DNA from: Nitrospirota bacterium
Lineage (GTDB): Bacteria; Nitrospirota; Thermodesulfovibrionia; Thermodesulfovibrionales; JdFR-86
Length of the DNA stretch: 64,000 bases
NCBI GenBank assembly: GCA_963721805.1
Contig: CAVRJY010000002.1
Coordinates: 512,001 to 576,000 of the forward strand
Direction: 5' to 3'
Part shown: piece by piece, positions 10,986 through 18,448 of the stretch
How positions within the stretch are numbered: position 1 is the first letter of the stretch
How the letters are laid out: every line of letters begins with the position of its first letter
The notes under the pieces: generated by a model
The model's database searches: none
The model's input: only the letters and a program-made list of their open reading frames with translations
Told to the model about the DNA's origin: nothing
Position numbers and translations under genes: made by a program

Positions 10986-11842
10986 GAGGAAACCAGCTCC
11001 TTTAGTATCTCCCTGCCTCGCGCGAGGCTGAAGGGCTGGCGCATCAAGGGCCCGGCCGCGAGCACGGGCATCCGCTCTTCCATGAGAGGCCGCGCTGATT
11101 TATAGATGATCCCGGTCGGGATCCTCTCGCCCCACTCAAGAGAGCGCCTGAAGGCCTCGACGCGGTCCGTGGGGTCATACTCCGGTTCGAGCTTGTAGGC
11201 CCGCTGACGGTACCACGCATAGGTGTTGACCTTGTTAAACGTGACGCACGGCTGCAGGATATCGAGGAGCGCATAGCCCTTGTGCGTGATCGCGGCCTTC
11301 ATCAGTTCCTTGAGCTGCACGATGTCGCCGGCGAAGCCGCGTCCGACGAAGCTTATGTCCAGCGCGATAGCGAGAGCGAGCGGGTTCAGGGGCTCCGAGA
11401 GCTCGCCGAACGGGAGGTTTTTGGCCGCCGTACCCTCGGCCGTGGTCGGCGAGGGCTGCCCCTTCGTGAGCCCGTATATCTGGTTGTTGTGCACGAAGTG
11501 CTTGATGTTGAGGTTGCGCCGGGCTGCGTGGATCAGGTGGTTGCCGCCCTCGCCGTAGCCGTCTCCGTCACCGGTGACGTCGATGACGAGCATCTCGTGG
11601 TTGGCGAGCTTTATCCCCTCGGCCACAGGGAGCGACCGGCCGTGCAGGCCGTTGAACACGTTGCACTTCAGATAATGGGGGAGCTTGCTCGACTGCCCGA
11701 TGCCCGAGACTAACATAACCCGATGTGGGGCATAGCCAAGCTCGGTAAGCGTCGCTTTGAGGGAGTTTAAGATCCCAAAATCTCCGCACCCCGGGCACCA
11801 TGCGGGTTTCTGGTCTATGGCGAACTGTTCTGTCCCGGACAT
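10982..11842 (-). CDS. korB: 2-oxoacid:ferredoxin oxidoreductase beta subunit (TPP-binding)
   Basis: WCPGCGDF, LHGR, GDGD...NN motif, QPCVTFN. Substrate not determinable from sequence. Confidence 0.9.
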   Translation of the reverse strand: MSGTEQFAIDQKPAWCPGCGDFGILNSLKATLTELGYAPHRVMLVSGIGQSSKLPHYLKCNVFNGLHGRSLPVAEGIKLANHEMLVIDVTGDGDGYGEGGNHLIHAARRNLNIKHFVHNNQIYGLTKGQPSPTTAEGTAAKNLPFGELSEPLNPLALAIALDISFVGRGFAGDIVQLKELMKAAITHKGYALLDILQPCVTFNKVNTYAWYRQRAYKLEPEYDPTDRVEAFRRSLEWGERIPTGIIYKSARPLMEERMPVLAAGPLMRQPFSLARGREILKELVSS

Positions 11843-13548
11843 TATTTTTCAAGCCCCCTCAGGATGTAATCCACGGTAAACGGCCTGCCGTCATACCGTG
11901 TTATTAGGCCCGAAAACTCAACCCCGGTATGCATGCGCAGCAGTGACGCGAACTGACCGGTCGCGTTGCTCTCGACGCATACCGCACGCTTCGCGCCCTT
12001 GAGATAATCGACGTAGTCTCCGGAGGGCAGGGGGCATATCTCGTTGAAATAGAGCATCGCAGCGCTCGTGCCCGAGGCGTTGAGGGTGTCGACAGCCTCC
12101 TTGAGCACCCCGTAGGTCGAGCCCCAGCCGGTGAGGATGAGTTCCGGCTTGTCCGATCCGTAGCGCATCGGCTGCGAGATCTCGGCCCTCAACGCGTCGA
12201 TCTTCTTAAACAGGCGCTTCTGAACCATCTTGATGCGCGTGGCCGCGTCCTCGATTATGTGGCCGTCCTCGTCATGTTCGTCGCTGTCCGCGACCACGAC
12301 GTGAGGGGATTCGCCGGGCACCGCGAGAGGGGTGATTCCGCTGTCAGTGAATTTGTGGCGTTTGTATTCCTTGACAGTGGCCAGCGCCTCGGCCCTGAGC
12401 CTGTAGTCGTTGTAGATGAGCTTGCCGGTCTCCAGCGAGTCGTAGGTCCACTGCGCGTCGCCCAGGTACTGGTCGAAGACAACGAAGGCGGGGATCTGGT
12501 ATTTCTCTGCGATCTCGAACGCCTTGCTCGTAAGGTAGATCGCCTGCTCCGGCGAGCCGGGCGCGAAGACCGCGCGCGGGAACTCGCCGTGTCCCGCAAA
12601 CAGGATAAATAGTAGATCGCCCTGCTCGGTGCGCGTAGGCAGGCCGGTGGCGGGGCCCGGCCGCATCGCCTCGAATATCACAATCGGCGTCTCGGTCATC
12701 CCGGCGAGCGAGAGCCCCTCGACCATGAGCGCGAAGCCGCCGCCGGAGCTTCCGGTCGCGGCGCGCACACCGGCGAACGACGCCCCGAGCGCCATGTTGA
12801 TCGCTGCGATCTCGTCTTCGGCCTGCTCGACCACGACCCCGTACTTCGCGGCCTTCGACGCGATCACGTTCATCACTGCCGTCGCTGGGGTCATCGGGTA
12901 CGCGCTGTAGAACTTAAGGCCGGAGGCGAGCGCGCCGTAACCAGCTGCCACGCCTCCGTTTATGATGAGCTTGGGTTTGTTCGACGGCGCAGCGGACGCA
13001 AAGCGGCACTCGCTGCAGTGTTCCTTCGCGTAATCGAACCCGGCGCGCGCCGAGCGCAGGTTCTCCTCGACCACCTCCGCGCCCTTCTTGGTGAAGTGCT
13101 CCCTGAGCAGGCCTTCGAGCGAAGAGATCTCCATGCCGAGCATCCCGAGCACCGCTCCGGTCGCGACGGTATTCGCCATCACAGGGCCGCCGCCGTGCTC
13201 CACAGCGAGGCGCTTAAACGGGATGTCCATCATGCCGGGGCGGTCGGCCTTGATCCCGAGGGTATCGGAGTCGAGCGCGGCCATGCCTCCGTCAGCCATT
13301 TCGTTTAGGTCGATCTCGATGCTGGCCCTGTCCAGCGCCACGAGGATATCGATGCGTTCGGAAGCGGACATCACGCGGCGGTCGGCCAGGCGTATCTGAT
13401 AGAAGTTATGCCCGCCGCGCACGCGGCTCTCGTAGTCCTGGTTCGAAAACACATGGTATCCCGACCGGGCGCATACCTCGCTGAAGAGTTCGCCGACGGT
13501 CTGCACGCCCTGTCCGGCCTCGCCGCAAATCCGGATCGTGTAGTCCAC
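11842..13548 (-). CDS. korA: 2-oxoacid:ferredoxin oxidoreductase alpha subunit (gamma-alpha fusion)
   Basis: GEAGQG, YESRVRGGHN, YPMTPA, QAEDEIAA, RPGPATGLPT; GTG start. Confidence 0.9.
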   Translation of the reverse strand: MDYTIRICGEAGQGVQTVGELFSEVCARSGYHVFSNQDYESRVRGGHNFYQIRLADRRVMSASERIDILVALDRASIEIDLNEMADGGMAALDSDTLGIKADRPGMMDIPFKRLAVEHGGGPVMANTVATGAVLGMLGMEISSLEGLLREHFTKKGAEVVEENLRSARAGFDYAKEHCSECRFASAAPSNKPKLIINGGVAAGYGALASGLKFYSAYPMTPATAVMNVIASKAAKYGVVVEQAEDEIAAINMALGASFAGVRAATGSSGGGFALMVEGLSLAGMTETPIVIFEAMRPGPATGLPTRTEQGDLLFILFAGHGEFPRAVFAPGSPEQAIYLTSKAFEIAEKYQIPAFVVFDQYLGDAQWTYDSLETGKLIYNDYRLRAEALATVKEYKRHKFTDSGITPLAVPGESPHVVVADSDEHDEDGHIIEDAATRIKMVQKRLFKKIDALRAEISQPMRYGSDKPELILTGWGSTYGVLKEAVDTLNASGTSAAMLYFNEICPLPSGDYVDYLKGAKRAVCVESNATGQFASLLRMHTGVEFSGLITRYDGRPFTVDYILRGLEK

Positions 13549-14037
13549 TCAGCCTTCCACTATGCTGTGCTCTGACCACATGAACCAGTTGCCCGTGTCC
13601 GTCAGGAAAGAGTGCGTGTTGGAGAACGCCTCGTAATGTTTCTGCTCCTCGGCCATGAGCACCTTGAACAGTTCCCTGAAGCGCTCCTCGTGCGTCCGGT
13701 CCTCCGACAGGAGCTTGTAGAAATCATACCCCTCGCGCTCCATGCGCATCGCTATCTTGAGGACCTCGATCTCGTCCGTGGTCGCGGTGATGCGCTCCGA
13801 CATCTCGTCCTTCAGTTCGGTGAAGATGGTCTTGATCCTGTCCATCGGGTTGACGCGTTCGAGCTTGAACTCCATCTTGTTGAGCAGCCTGGTCAGGTAT
13901 TCGAGGTGACGCTTCTCGTCCTCGGCGATCGAGAGGAACATCTTCTTGCCGACCTTGTTGGTCGTCCTTCCCGATGCCTCGGTGTAAAACGCGATCGCGT
14001 CGGACTCCATCTTTATGGCCGTCTTTACCTCATCCAT
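13549..14037 (-). CDS. Rubrerythrin-like ferritin-family di-iron protein (no rubredoxin domain)
   Basis: Two E...ExxH half-motifs: AIKMESDA...EDEKRH and AMRMEREG...EEQKH. Confidence 0.85.
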   Translation of the reverse strand: MDEVKTAIKMESDAIAFYTEASGRTTNKVGKKMFLSIAEDEKRHLEYLTRLLNKMEFKLERVNPMDRIKTIFTELKDEMSERITATTDEIEVLKIAMRMEREGYDFYKLLSEDRTHEERFRELFKVLMAEEQKHYEAFSNTHSFLTDTGNWFMWSEHSIVEG

Positions 14038-14047
14038 ATCTTATCTC

Positions 14048-14206
14048 CTACACTTTCTCGAATTCGCTTTTTGGCGCGCCGCAGACCGGGCAGGTCCAGC
14101 CGTCAGGGAGCTTGTCAAAGGGCGTGCCGGGAGGCACTCCATTATCAGGGTCACCAGCCGCCGGGTCATAAACATATCCGCAAACATTGCACTTATACTT
14201 GTCCAT
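14048..14206 (-). CDS. Rubredoxin (52 aa)
   Basis: Below the ORF-track cutoff. Manual translation: [60 protein letters not shown] upstream. Confidence 0.97.
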   Translation of the reverse strand: MDKYKCNVCGYVYDPAAGDPDNGVPPGTPFDKLPDGWTCPVCGAPKSEFEKV

Positions 14207-14242
14207 TAGTTTTGTCCTCCTGGGGGAATGTGCATAACCTTA

Positions 14243-14271
14243 TATATAGTCCAATTATGGCCGGTTGTCAA
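14243..14271 (-). promoter_or_regulatory. Sigma70-type promoter of the rubredoxin-ferritin-korAB operon
   Basis: TTGACA-17 nt-TATATA on the minus strand, about 35 nt upstream of the rubredoxin start. Confidence 0.7.
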
Positions 14272-14368
14272 CGTATTATACTGGGCACGGTGGGAGGCGT
14301 TTAAATAGGGAATTGCGGCCTGCGTCCGGGGTATCAGGGGAGGGCCCCCGATTGAGGCGGGGAAGGGC

Positions 14369-14734
14369 TTAACCTTTTAGGTTGAGGCGCGAGACCGCCT
14401 TGGCCTCTCCGCCCGTGGAGAGCGAATCGGCGAATCTGCGGGAGGTCCCCAGCGCGCCCATCCTGCCGCTGAGGTCGCTCATCCGCATGCCGACTATCGT
14501 CTGCAGGGCGGCGTCCTCGGCCGCCAGCTGCATGACGACGGATTTGAGCCGTTCGCGTTCGGCCTCCGGAGGCGGGGTTGCCATCAGGGGCTTCAGGCGT
14601 TCGATCACGGATGCGCGCTCCTGCATGAGGCTTGCAGCCTCATCGAGCCTGCCTTCGACCAGCGCCTTGCGCTGGCGGTTAAAGAGGCCCAGGAGTTCCT
14701 CGCACAGGGCGAGGTGCCCGTCGTGTCCGCTCAC
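14369..14734 (-). CDS. FliT-like flagellar chaperone
   Basis: Helical protein of about 121 aa with L..ER..I.L pattern; GTG start overlaps the fliS stop; position after fliD-fliS. Confidence 0.55.
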   Translation of the reverse strand: MSGHDGHLALCEELLGLFNRQRKALVEGRLDEAASLMQERASVIERLKPLMATPPPEAERERLKSVVMQLAAEDAALQTIVGMRMSDLSGRMGALGTSRRFADSLSTGGEAKAVSRLNLKG

Positions 14735-15165
14735 GCCCTGATATTGGCGAGCATCGGGGCCGCGCCTGCCTGCGGGGCTGTTACGGTGGCGTTGGACCTG
14801 CGGTAGTTCAGTTCCATCTGCTTCCATCCGGCCCTGAGCTCGGAGAGCACGCGGAGCGAGTCGTCATAGCCCTTGAGGTCGTTTTTGATGCTGATGTCGA
14901 TGAGGCGGCGCATGATGAAGGCATAAAGCTTTGAGAGGTTCGCCGAGATCTCGCCGCCGGATTCCATGTTGAGGCTGCAAGCGAGTTCTCCGATTATGGA
15001 CGTCGTCTTGCCGAGATACATGCCCTTTCCGGCGATGTCTCCCTGCTCGAAGCGCTTTCTCGAGAGGTTCAGGAAGTTTATGGCGCCGTCATAGAGCAGC
15101 GAAACGATCCTCACCCTGTCGGCCGTCTGTATCGACGCGCTCTGGTATGCTGATTTCTCGGTCAT
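14731..15165 (-). CDS. fliS: Flagellin export chaperone
   Basis: AYQ...TA, LLYDGAI, IIGEL..SLNME.GGEI..NL..LY, LR.GW. Confidence 0.95.
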   Translation of the reverse strand: MTEKSAYQSASIQTADRVRIVSLLYDGAINFLNLSRKRFEQGDIAGKGMYLGKTTSIIGELACSLNMESGGEISANLSKLYAFIMRRLIDISIKNDLKGYDDSLRVLSELRAGWKQMELNYRRSNATVTAPQAGAAPMLANIRA

Positions 15166-15186
15166 TAGATCTCCCTCCGCACGGTT

Positions 15187-16566
15187 TTATCTCACCGTTG
15201 CCCATGAAGTTATACTGGATATGTATGAGCCCTGAGTTTTCATGTCGTTGAGCGTCATCTCGAGCTGGGTGAACTGGTTTTGGTAGTTGGTCTGTATCTG
15301 GGTGAGCCTCGCCTGCATGTCCGTGATGTCAGTGCCGGCCTGGGTGATGGTGCTCTGAAGGCTCTTTTCCCGGAGCGTTAGGGAGCCGTATGTAAGGTCA
15401 GTGGCGTTTTTCGTTGCGTTGTATATGCTCGTGGACACGGCCTTGAGCATCTTCAGGGCGTCGGCGCTATTGCTTGAGAGGGCTGTTGCGAAGGCCGAGG
15501 AATCCATCGACAGCGTCACGCCGGTCTGGTCCAGATTGATCCCGGCCTGCGAAAGCGAGGACATGCTTGACGACAAACCGGAGATCGGGCTGGATATGAC
15601 CGACTGTATGCGGGTCATCAGGTCTCTCGCGGTGGACTCAGAGAACAGCTCTCCGCCGGTATTTGTCGTGGTGTCATAGGTGGAGTTCTGGTCGATGAAG
15701 CTGCGCAGGTCGTTATATGCGCTTACGAGCGATTGAAAATTCGTCGTGGCGGTGCTGGTGTCCGGCTTTATCTCTATGGTGGTCGAGGGTGGCGTTGTCT
15801 TGTTGGCCTTCTCGAGAGTGAAGGTGACGCCAGTGATTACGTCCGAGATGGTGTTGGTGTCGCGCGTGATCTGGGTGCCGTCGACCGTGAAAATGGCGCT
15901 CTGGGCCTTGCTGGTCTGGGTGAAGCTCGACGCGGTGAAATCCACGCTGCCGGTGCCGTCCAGCGTGGTGCCGGAGTCGACCGTGATGCCGTTTGAGTCT
16001 CCGCTGCTGGCGCCGGTGAGCACGAGGCGGTAGTTGGTTCCGTCGTTGAGGACCGTGGCGGTGACGCCGGGATTGTTGGTGTCGTTATTGATCGAGTCGG
16101 CAAGGTCCTGAAGCGTATCGCCGGATTTTACAGCGACCGTGGTCTGTTTGCCGCCGTAGGTATACTGGAAGGCCTTGTCCGAACCGCTTGAGTTGACGAC
16201 GGTCGTGGCGGAAGCCACACCGCTGTGGACTTCCTTTTCCTGCTGGGCGAGCTGAGTGACCGCGATTGTGTACTTCCCCGCGGTCGCATTCGCGGTCGAC
16301 GTGGCAGTCAGAATCGAGCTGTCGGCGACAGAGAGGGAGTTAGAGGAATATCCTGTGGAAAACTGCAGTATGTCAGCGGCTTTTTGGAGCGCAGTCACCT
16401 TGGTGTTGAGCTGGTTATAGGTATCGAGCTTGTTTTGGTAGTCGGTCTGCTTGTTCTGCAGTTGCGTCAGAGGCTGCTGCTCGACGGACATGAGCCCGCT
16501 GATCAGCGCGTTGTAATCTATGCCCGAACTCAACCCCGTTGTGATCGCGAACGTCGAACCCGCCAT
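15187..16566 (-). CDS. fliD: Flagellar filament cap
   Basis: GLSSGID...LM, V.QLAQ, L..L...IN, N.ISDVI.GVT..L, QF..LE. Confidence 0.95.
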   Translation of the reverse strand: MAGSTFAITTGLSSGIDYNALISGLMSVEQQPLTQLQNKQTDYQNKLDTYNQLNTKVTALQKAADILQFSTGYSSNSLSVADSSILTATSTANATAGKYTIAVTQLAQQEKEVHSGVASATTVVNSSGSDKAFQYTYGGKQTTVAVKSGDTLQDLADSINNDTNNPGVTATVLNDGTNYRLVLTGASSGDSNGITVDSGTTLDGTGSVDFTASSFTQTSKAQSAIFTVDGTQITRDTNTISDVITGVTFTLEKANKTTPPSTTIEIKPDTSTATTNFQSLVSAYNDLRSFIDQNSTYDTTTNTGGELFSESTARDLMTRIQSVISSPISGLSSSMSSLSQAGINLDQTGVTLSMDSSAFATALSSNSADALKMLKAVSTSIYNATKNATDLTYGSLTLREKSLQSTITQAGTDITDMQARLTQIQTNYQNQFTQLEMTLNDMKTQGSYISSITSWATVR

Positions 16567-16567
16567 C

Positions 16568-16975
16568 TTACGCCTCCTTGTTCACGAACAGCCCGCCCTT
16601 TTCTCCGCCTTGTTCATTGTTAAGGGCTTCAGCCACCTTCACAAGTTCCTCCGGGGGGACCTGTTTTATGACCTCTCCCGTGTCCTTATCCACGATCTTC
16701 GCTATGACCATGCCGGCCTCGTGGTCGATCTCCAGCTTGAGGCTCCTGTTGCTAAAGCGCTCGAAGCTGTCCAGCTTCACGTCCTTCTTATCGGCATGTT
16801 CCCCTTGTTTCTTTAATTCAACTACAGCAGCGGCTCCGTTATTGCTTTTGGCTGTGACCGCAGAGTTCTCTGTCTGTTTCTTGGCCGCGCCGCTACTGTC
16901 GCTGGAATCCGGTTTCAAGAACTTGGGGGAGGCCATGGCCGCAGCCTGTTGGGCTATGCCTATGTCCGTGTTCAT
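16568..16975 (-). CDS. flaG: Flagellar protein FlaG
   Basis: KIVDKDTGEVIKQVPPEE, G.FVN.EA; between fliC and fliD. Confidence 0.9.
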   Translation of the reverse strand: MNTDIGIAQQAAAMASPKFLKPDSSDSSGAAKKQTENSAVTAKSNNGAAAVVELKKQGEHADKKDVKLDSFERFSNRSLKLEIDHEAGMVIAKIVDKDTGEVIKQVPPEELVKVAEALNNEQGGEKGGLFVNKEA

Positions 16976-17003
16976 CTTCTCTAGTCCCCTTTCGCCTTAT
17001 TGT

Positions 17004-17035
17004 TGCCGGACGGCCCCAAGAGGAGCCGTCCGGCA
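17004..17035 (-). terminator. Stem-loop after fliC (terminator or mRNA stabiliser)
   Basis: TGCCGGACGGC-10 nt-GCCGTCCGGCA perfect 11-bp stem; no clear U-tract. Confidence 0.5.
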
Positions 17036-17061
17036 CATAGGCCGTTCTTATATTTTGCGGA

Positions 17062-17925
17062 TTACTTCAGGAGCTGCAGGGCCTGCTGCGGAAGCGCGTT
17101 GGCCTGGGCCAATATGGCCGTGGCCGACTGCACCAGGATCTGGTTTCTCGTGAACGTCGCGGTCTCAGATGCGAAGTCCGCATCCTGTATGCGCGAGTTG
17201 GCTGCGCTGAGGTTCTCGGACGTCGTGCTCAGGTTCGATATCGTGCTCGTGAGCCTGTTCTGGATGGCGCCGAGCGCGCCGCGCATCGTGCTGACGTTGC
17301 CGATGGCGGTATCGAGGGTGTTGAGCATGTTCTTGGCGTTCGTCTGGCCGGTCTTGTCGCCGGGGGTCGTATCGTCGATCGTTGCGTTGGCTGCTATCCC
17401 GAGGCCGAGCGAGGACGCCGCGGAAGCGAGCTTGATGTTGATCTGGTCGTTTGCGGTCGCATGGAACCCGACCTGCAGCGCGACGCCGGTGCCAACGCTC
17501 AGCGTCCCGTCGAGGAGCTTGGTGCCGTTGAACTCCGTGACGTTGCTGATACGGTCGATTTCCTGCTTCAGCTGCTGGAACTCGGTGTCCGTGGCGGTGC
17601 GGTCTCCGGCGGCGAGGGTGCCGTTGGCCGACTGGGTCGCGAGCTCCCTCATACGGGCAAGGATGTCGCCGATCTGCTGGAGGCCGCCCTCAGCGGTCTG
17701 GGCAAGGCTGGTGCCGTCCTGAGCGTTCCTGACCGCAACGGCGATGCTGCGGACCTGTGAGGTCAGCTTGGAGGATATGGCCAGCCCGGCCGCATCGTCC
17801 TTCGCCGAGTTGATGCGCAGGCCCGATGAGAGCCTCTGTACGGAAACGTTCAGTGCTTCGCTGTTCGCTGCCAGGTTTCTCTGTGCGTCGAGGGATGCTA
17901 CGTTTGTGTTGATTACGAGTGACAT
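17062..17925 (-). CDS. fliC: Flagellin (short, 287 aa)
   Basis: INTNVASL, RLSSGLRINSAKDDAAGLAI, RGALGAIQNRL, SRIQDADFA. Confidence 0.98.
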   Translation of the reverse strand: MSLVINTNVASLDAQRNLAANSEALNVSVQRLSSGLRINSAKDDAAGLAISSKLTSQVRSIAVAVRNAQDGTSLAQTAEGGLQQIGDILARMRELATQSANGTLAAGDRTATDTEFQQLKQEIDRISNVTEFNGTKLLDGTLSVGTGVALQVGFHATANDQINIKLASAASSLGLGIAANATIDDTTPGDKTGQTNAKNMLNTLDTAIGNVSTMRGALGAIQNRLTSTISNLSTTSENLSAANSRIQDADFASETATFTRNQILVQSATAILAQANALPQQALQLLK

Positions 17926-17929
17926 TGTT

Positions 17930-18030
17930 GCTTCCTCCTTGAATAAGTTCTTCGAGCGTCCATGCCCGAAGTAACGACTATGCTAAATGGAACTAACCGC
18001 CCCTTTCCGTGCTCCCTCCTTTCCGGGCGG
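17930..18030 (-). promoter_or_regulatory. CsrA-binding sites in the fliC 5' leader
   Basis: Hairpin UUCGGGC-AUGGAC-GCUCGAA (17951-17970), AAGGAGGA at the SD, and four further GGA in 17997-18030; csrA and fliW are in the locus. Confidence 0.7.
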
Positions 18031-18058
18031 AGAGTGATAAAATTAACTGTATCAATAC

Positions 18059-18086
18059 TTATCGGCCAGGCGCGGGGAAAACTTTA
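18059..18086 (-). promoter_or_regulatory. Sigma28 (FliA) promoter of fliC
   Basis: TAAA-16 nt-GCCGATAA with AT-rich UP-like tract at about 18090-18130. Confidence 0.9.
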
Positions 18087-18161
18087 ACGTTTTTTAATAT
18101 TATTTTTAAATTTTAAAATCGCCTTTAAAACCAGTAGGTTAGGGGGGGGGTATGCGTGCTG

Positions 18162-18446
18162 CTAAGGGAGCTTGCCGGCGGTTTGAGCGTTGAGTTTGTA
18201 TAAAAATGCCAGGATTTCGGCTACCGCCCTGTAAAGTTCCGAGGGGATTTCCTGGTTTACCTCAAGTGCCGATAGGACCTCGACGAGTTCCTTGTCCTCG
18301 CGGACCGGGACCCCGTTATCGCGTGCGATCTGCATGATGCGCTCGGCCACGACCCCGCGGCCCTTGGCCACCAGCCTCGGGGCGTTGTCCTCGCCGTGCC
18401 TGTACTTCAGGGCTGTCGCGAGCAGTGGTTTTCTTTCCTCGTCCAT
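18162..18446 (-). CDS. FlhB cytoplasmic-domain-like small protein (EscU/YscU/YlqH type)
   Basis: ALKY....APRLVAKGRG..AERI...A....VP, EIPSELYRAVAEILAF; start at ATG 18446. Confidence 0.9.
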   Translation of the reverse strand: MDEERKPLLATALKYRHGEDNAPRLVAKGRGVVAERIMQIARDNGVPVREDKELVEVLSALEVNQEIPSELYRAVAEILAFLYKLNAQTAGKLP

Positions 18447-18448
18447 CC

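Noticed and set aside
13500..13560. In-frame TGA-GTG junction as selenocysteine read-through fusing the ferritin-like protein to KorA
   Set aside because: korA has its own SD-like GGAAGG, both proteins look complete, only a weak hairpin follows the TGA, and similar stop-start abutments occur at flgN/flgK and dcd/pyrF.
17000..17722. 240-aa ORF antisense to fliC, and the many similar antisense ORFs in the track
   Set aside because: Expected from GC-rich codon bias; no recognisable motifs or RBS.
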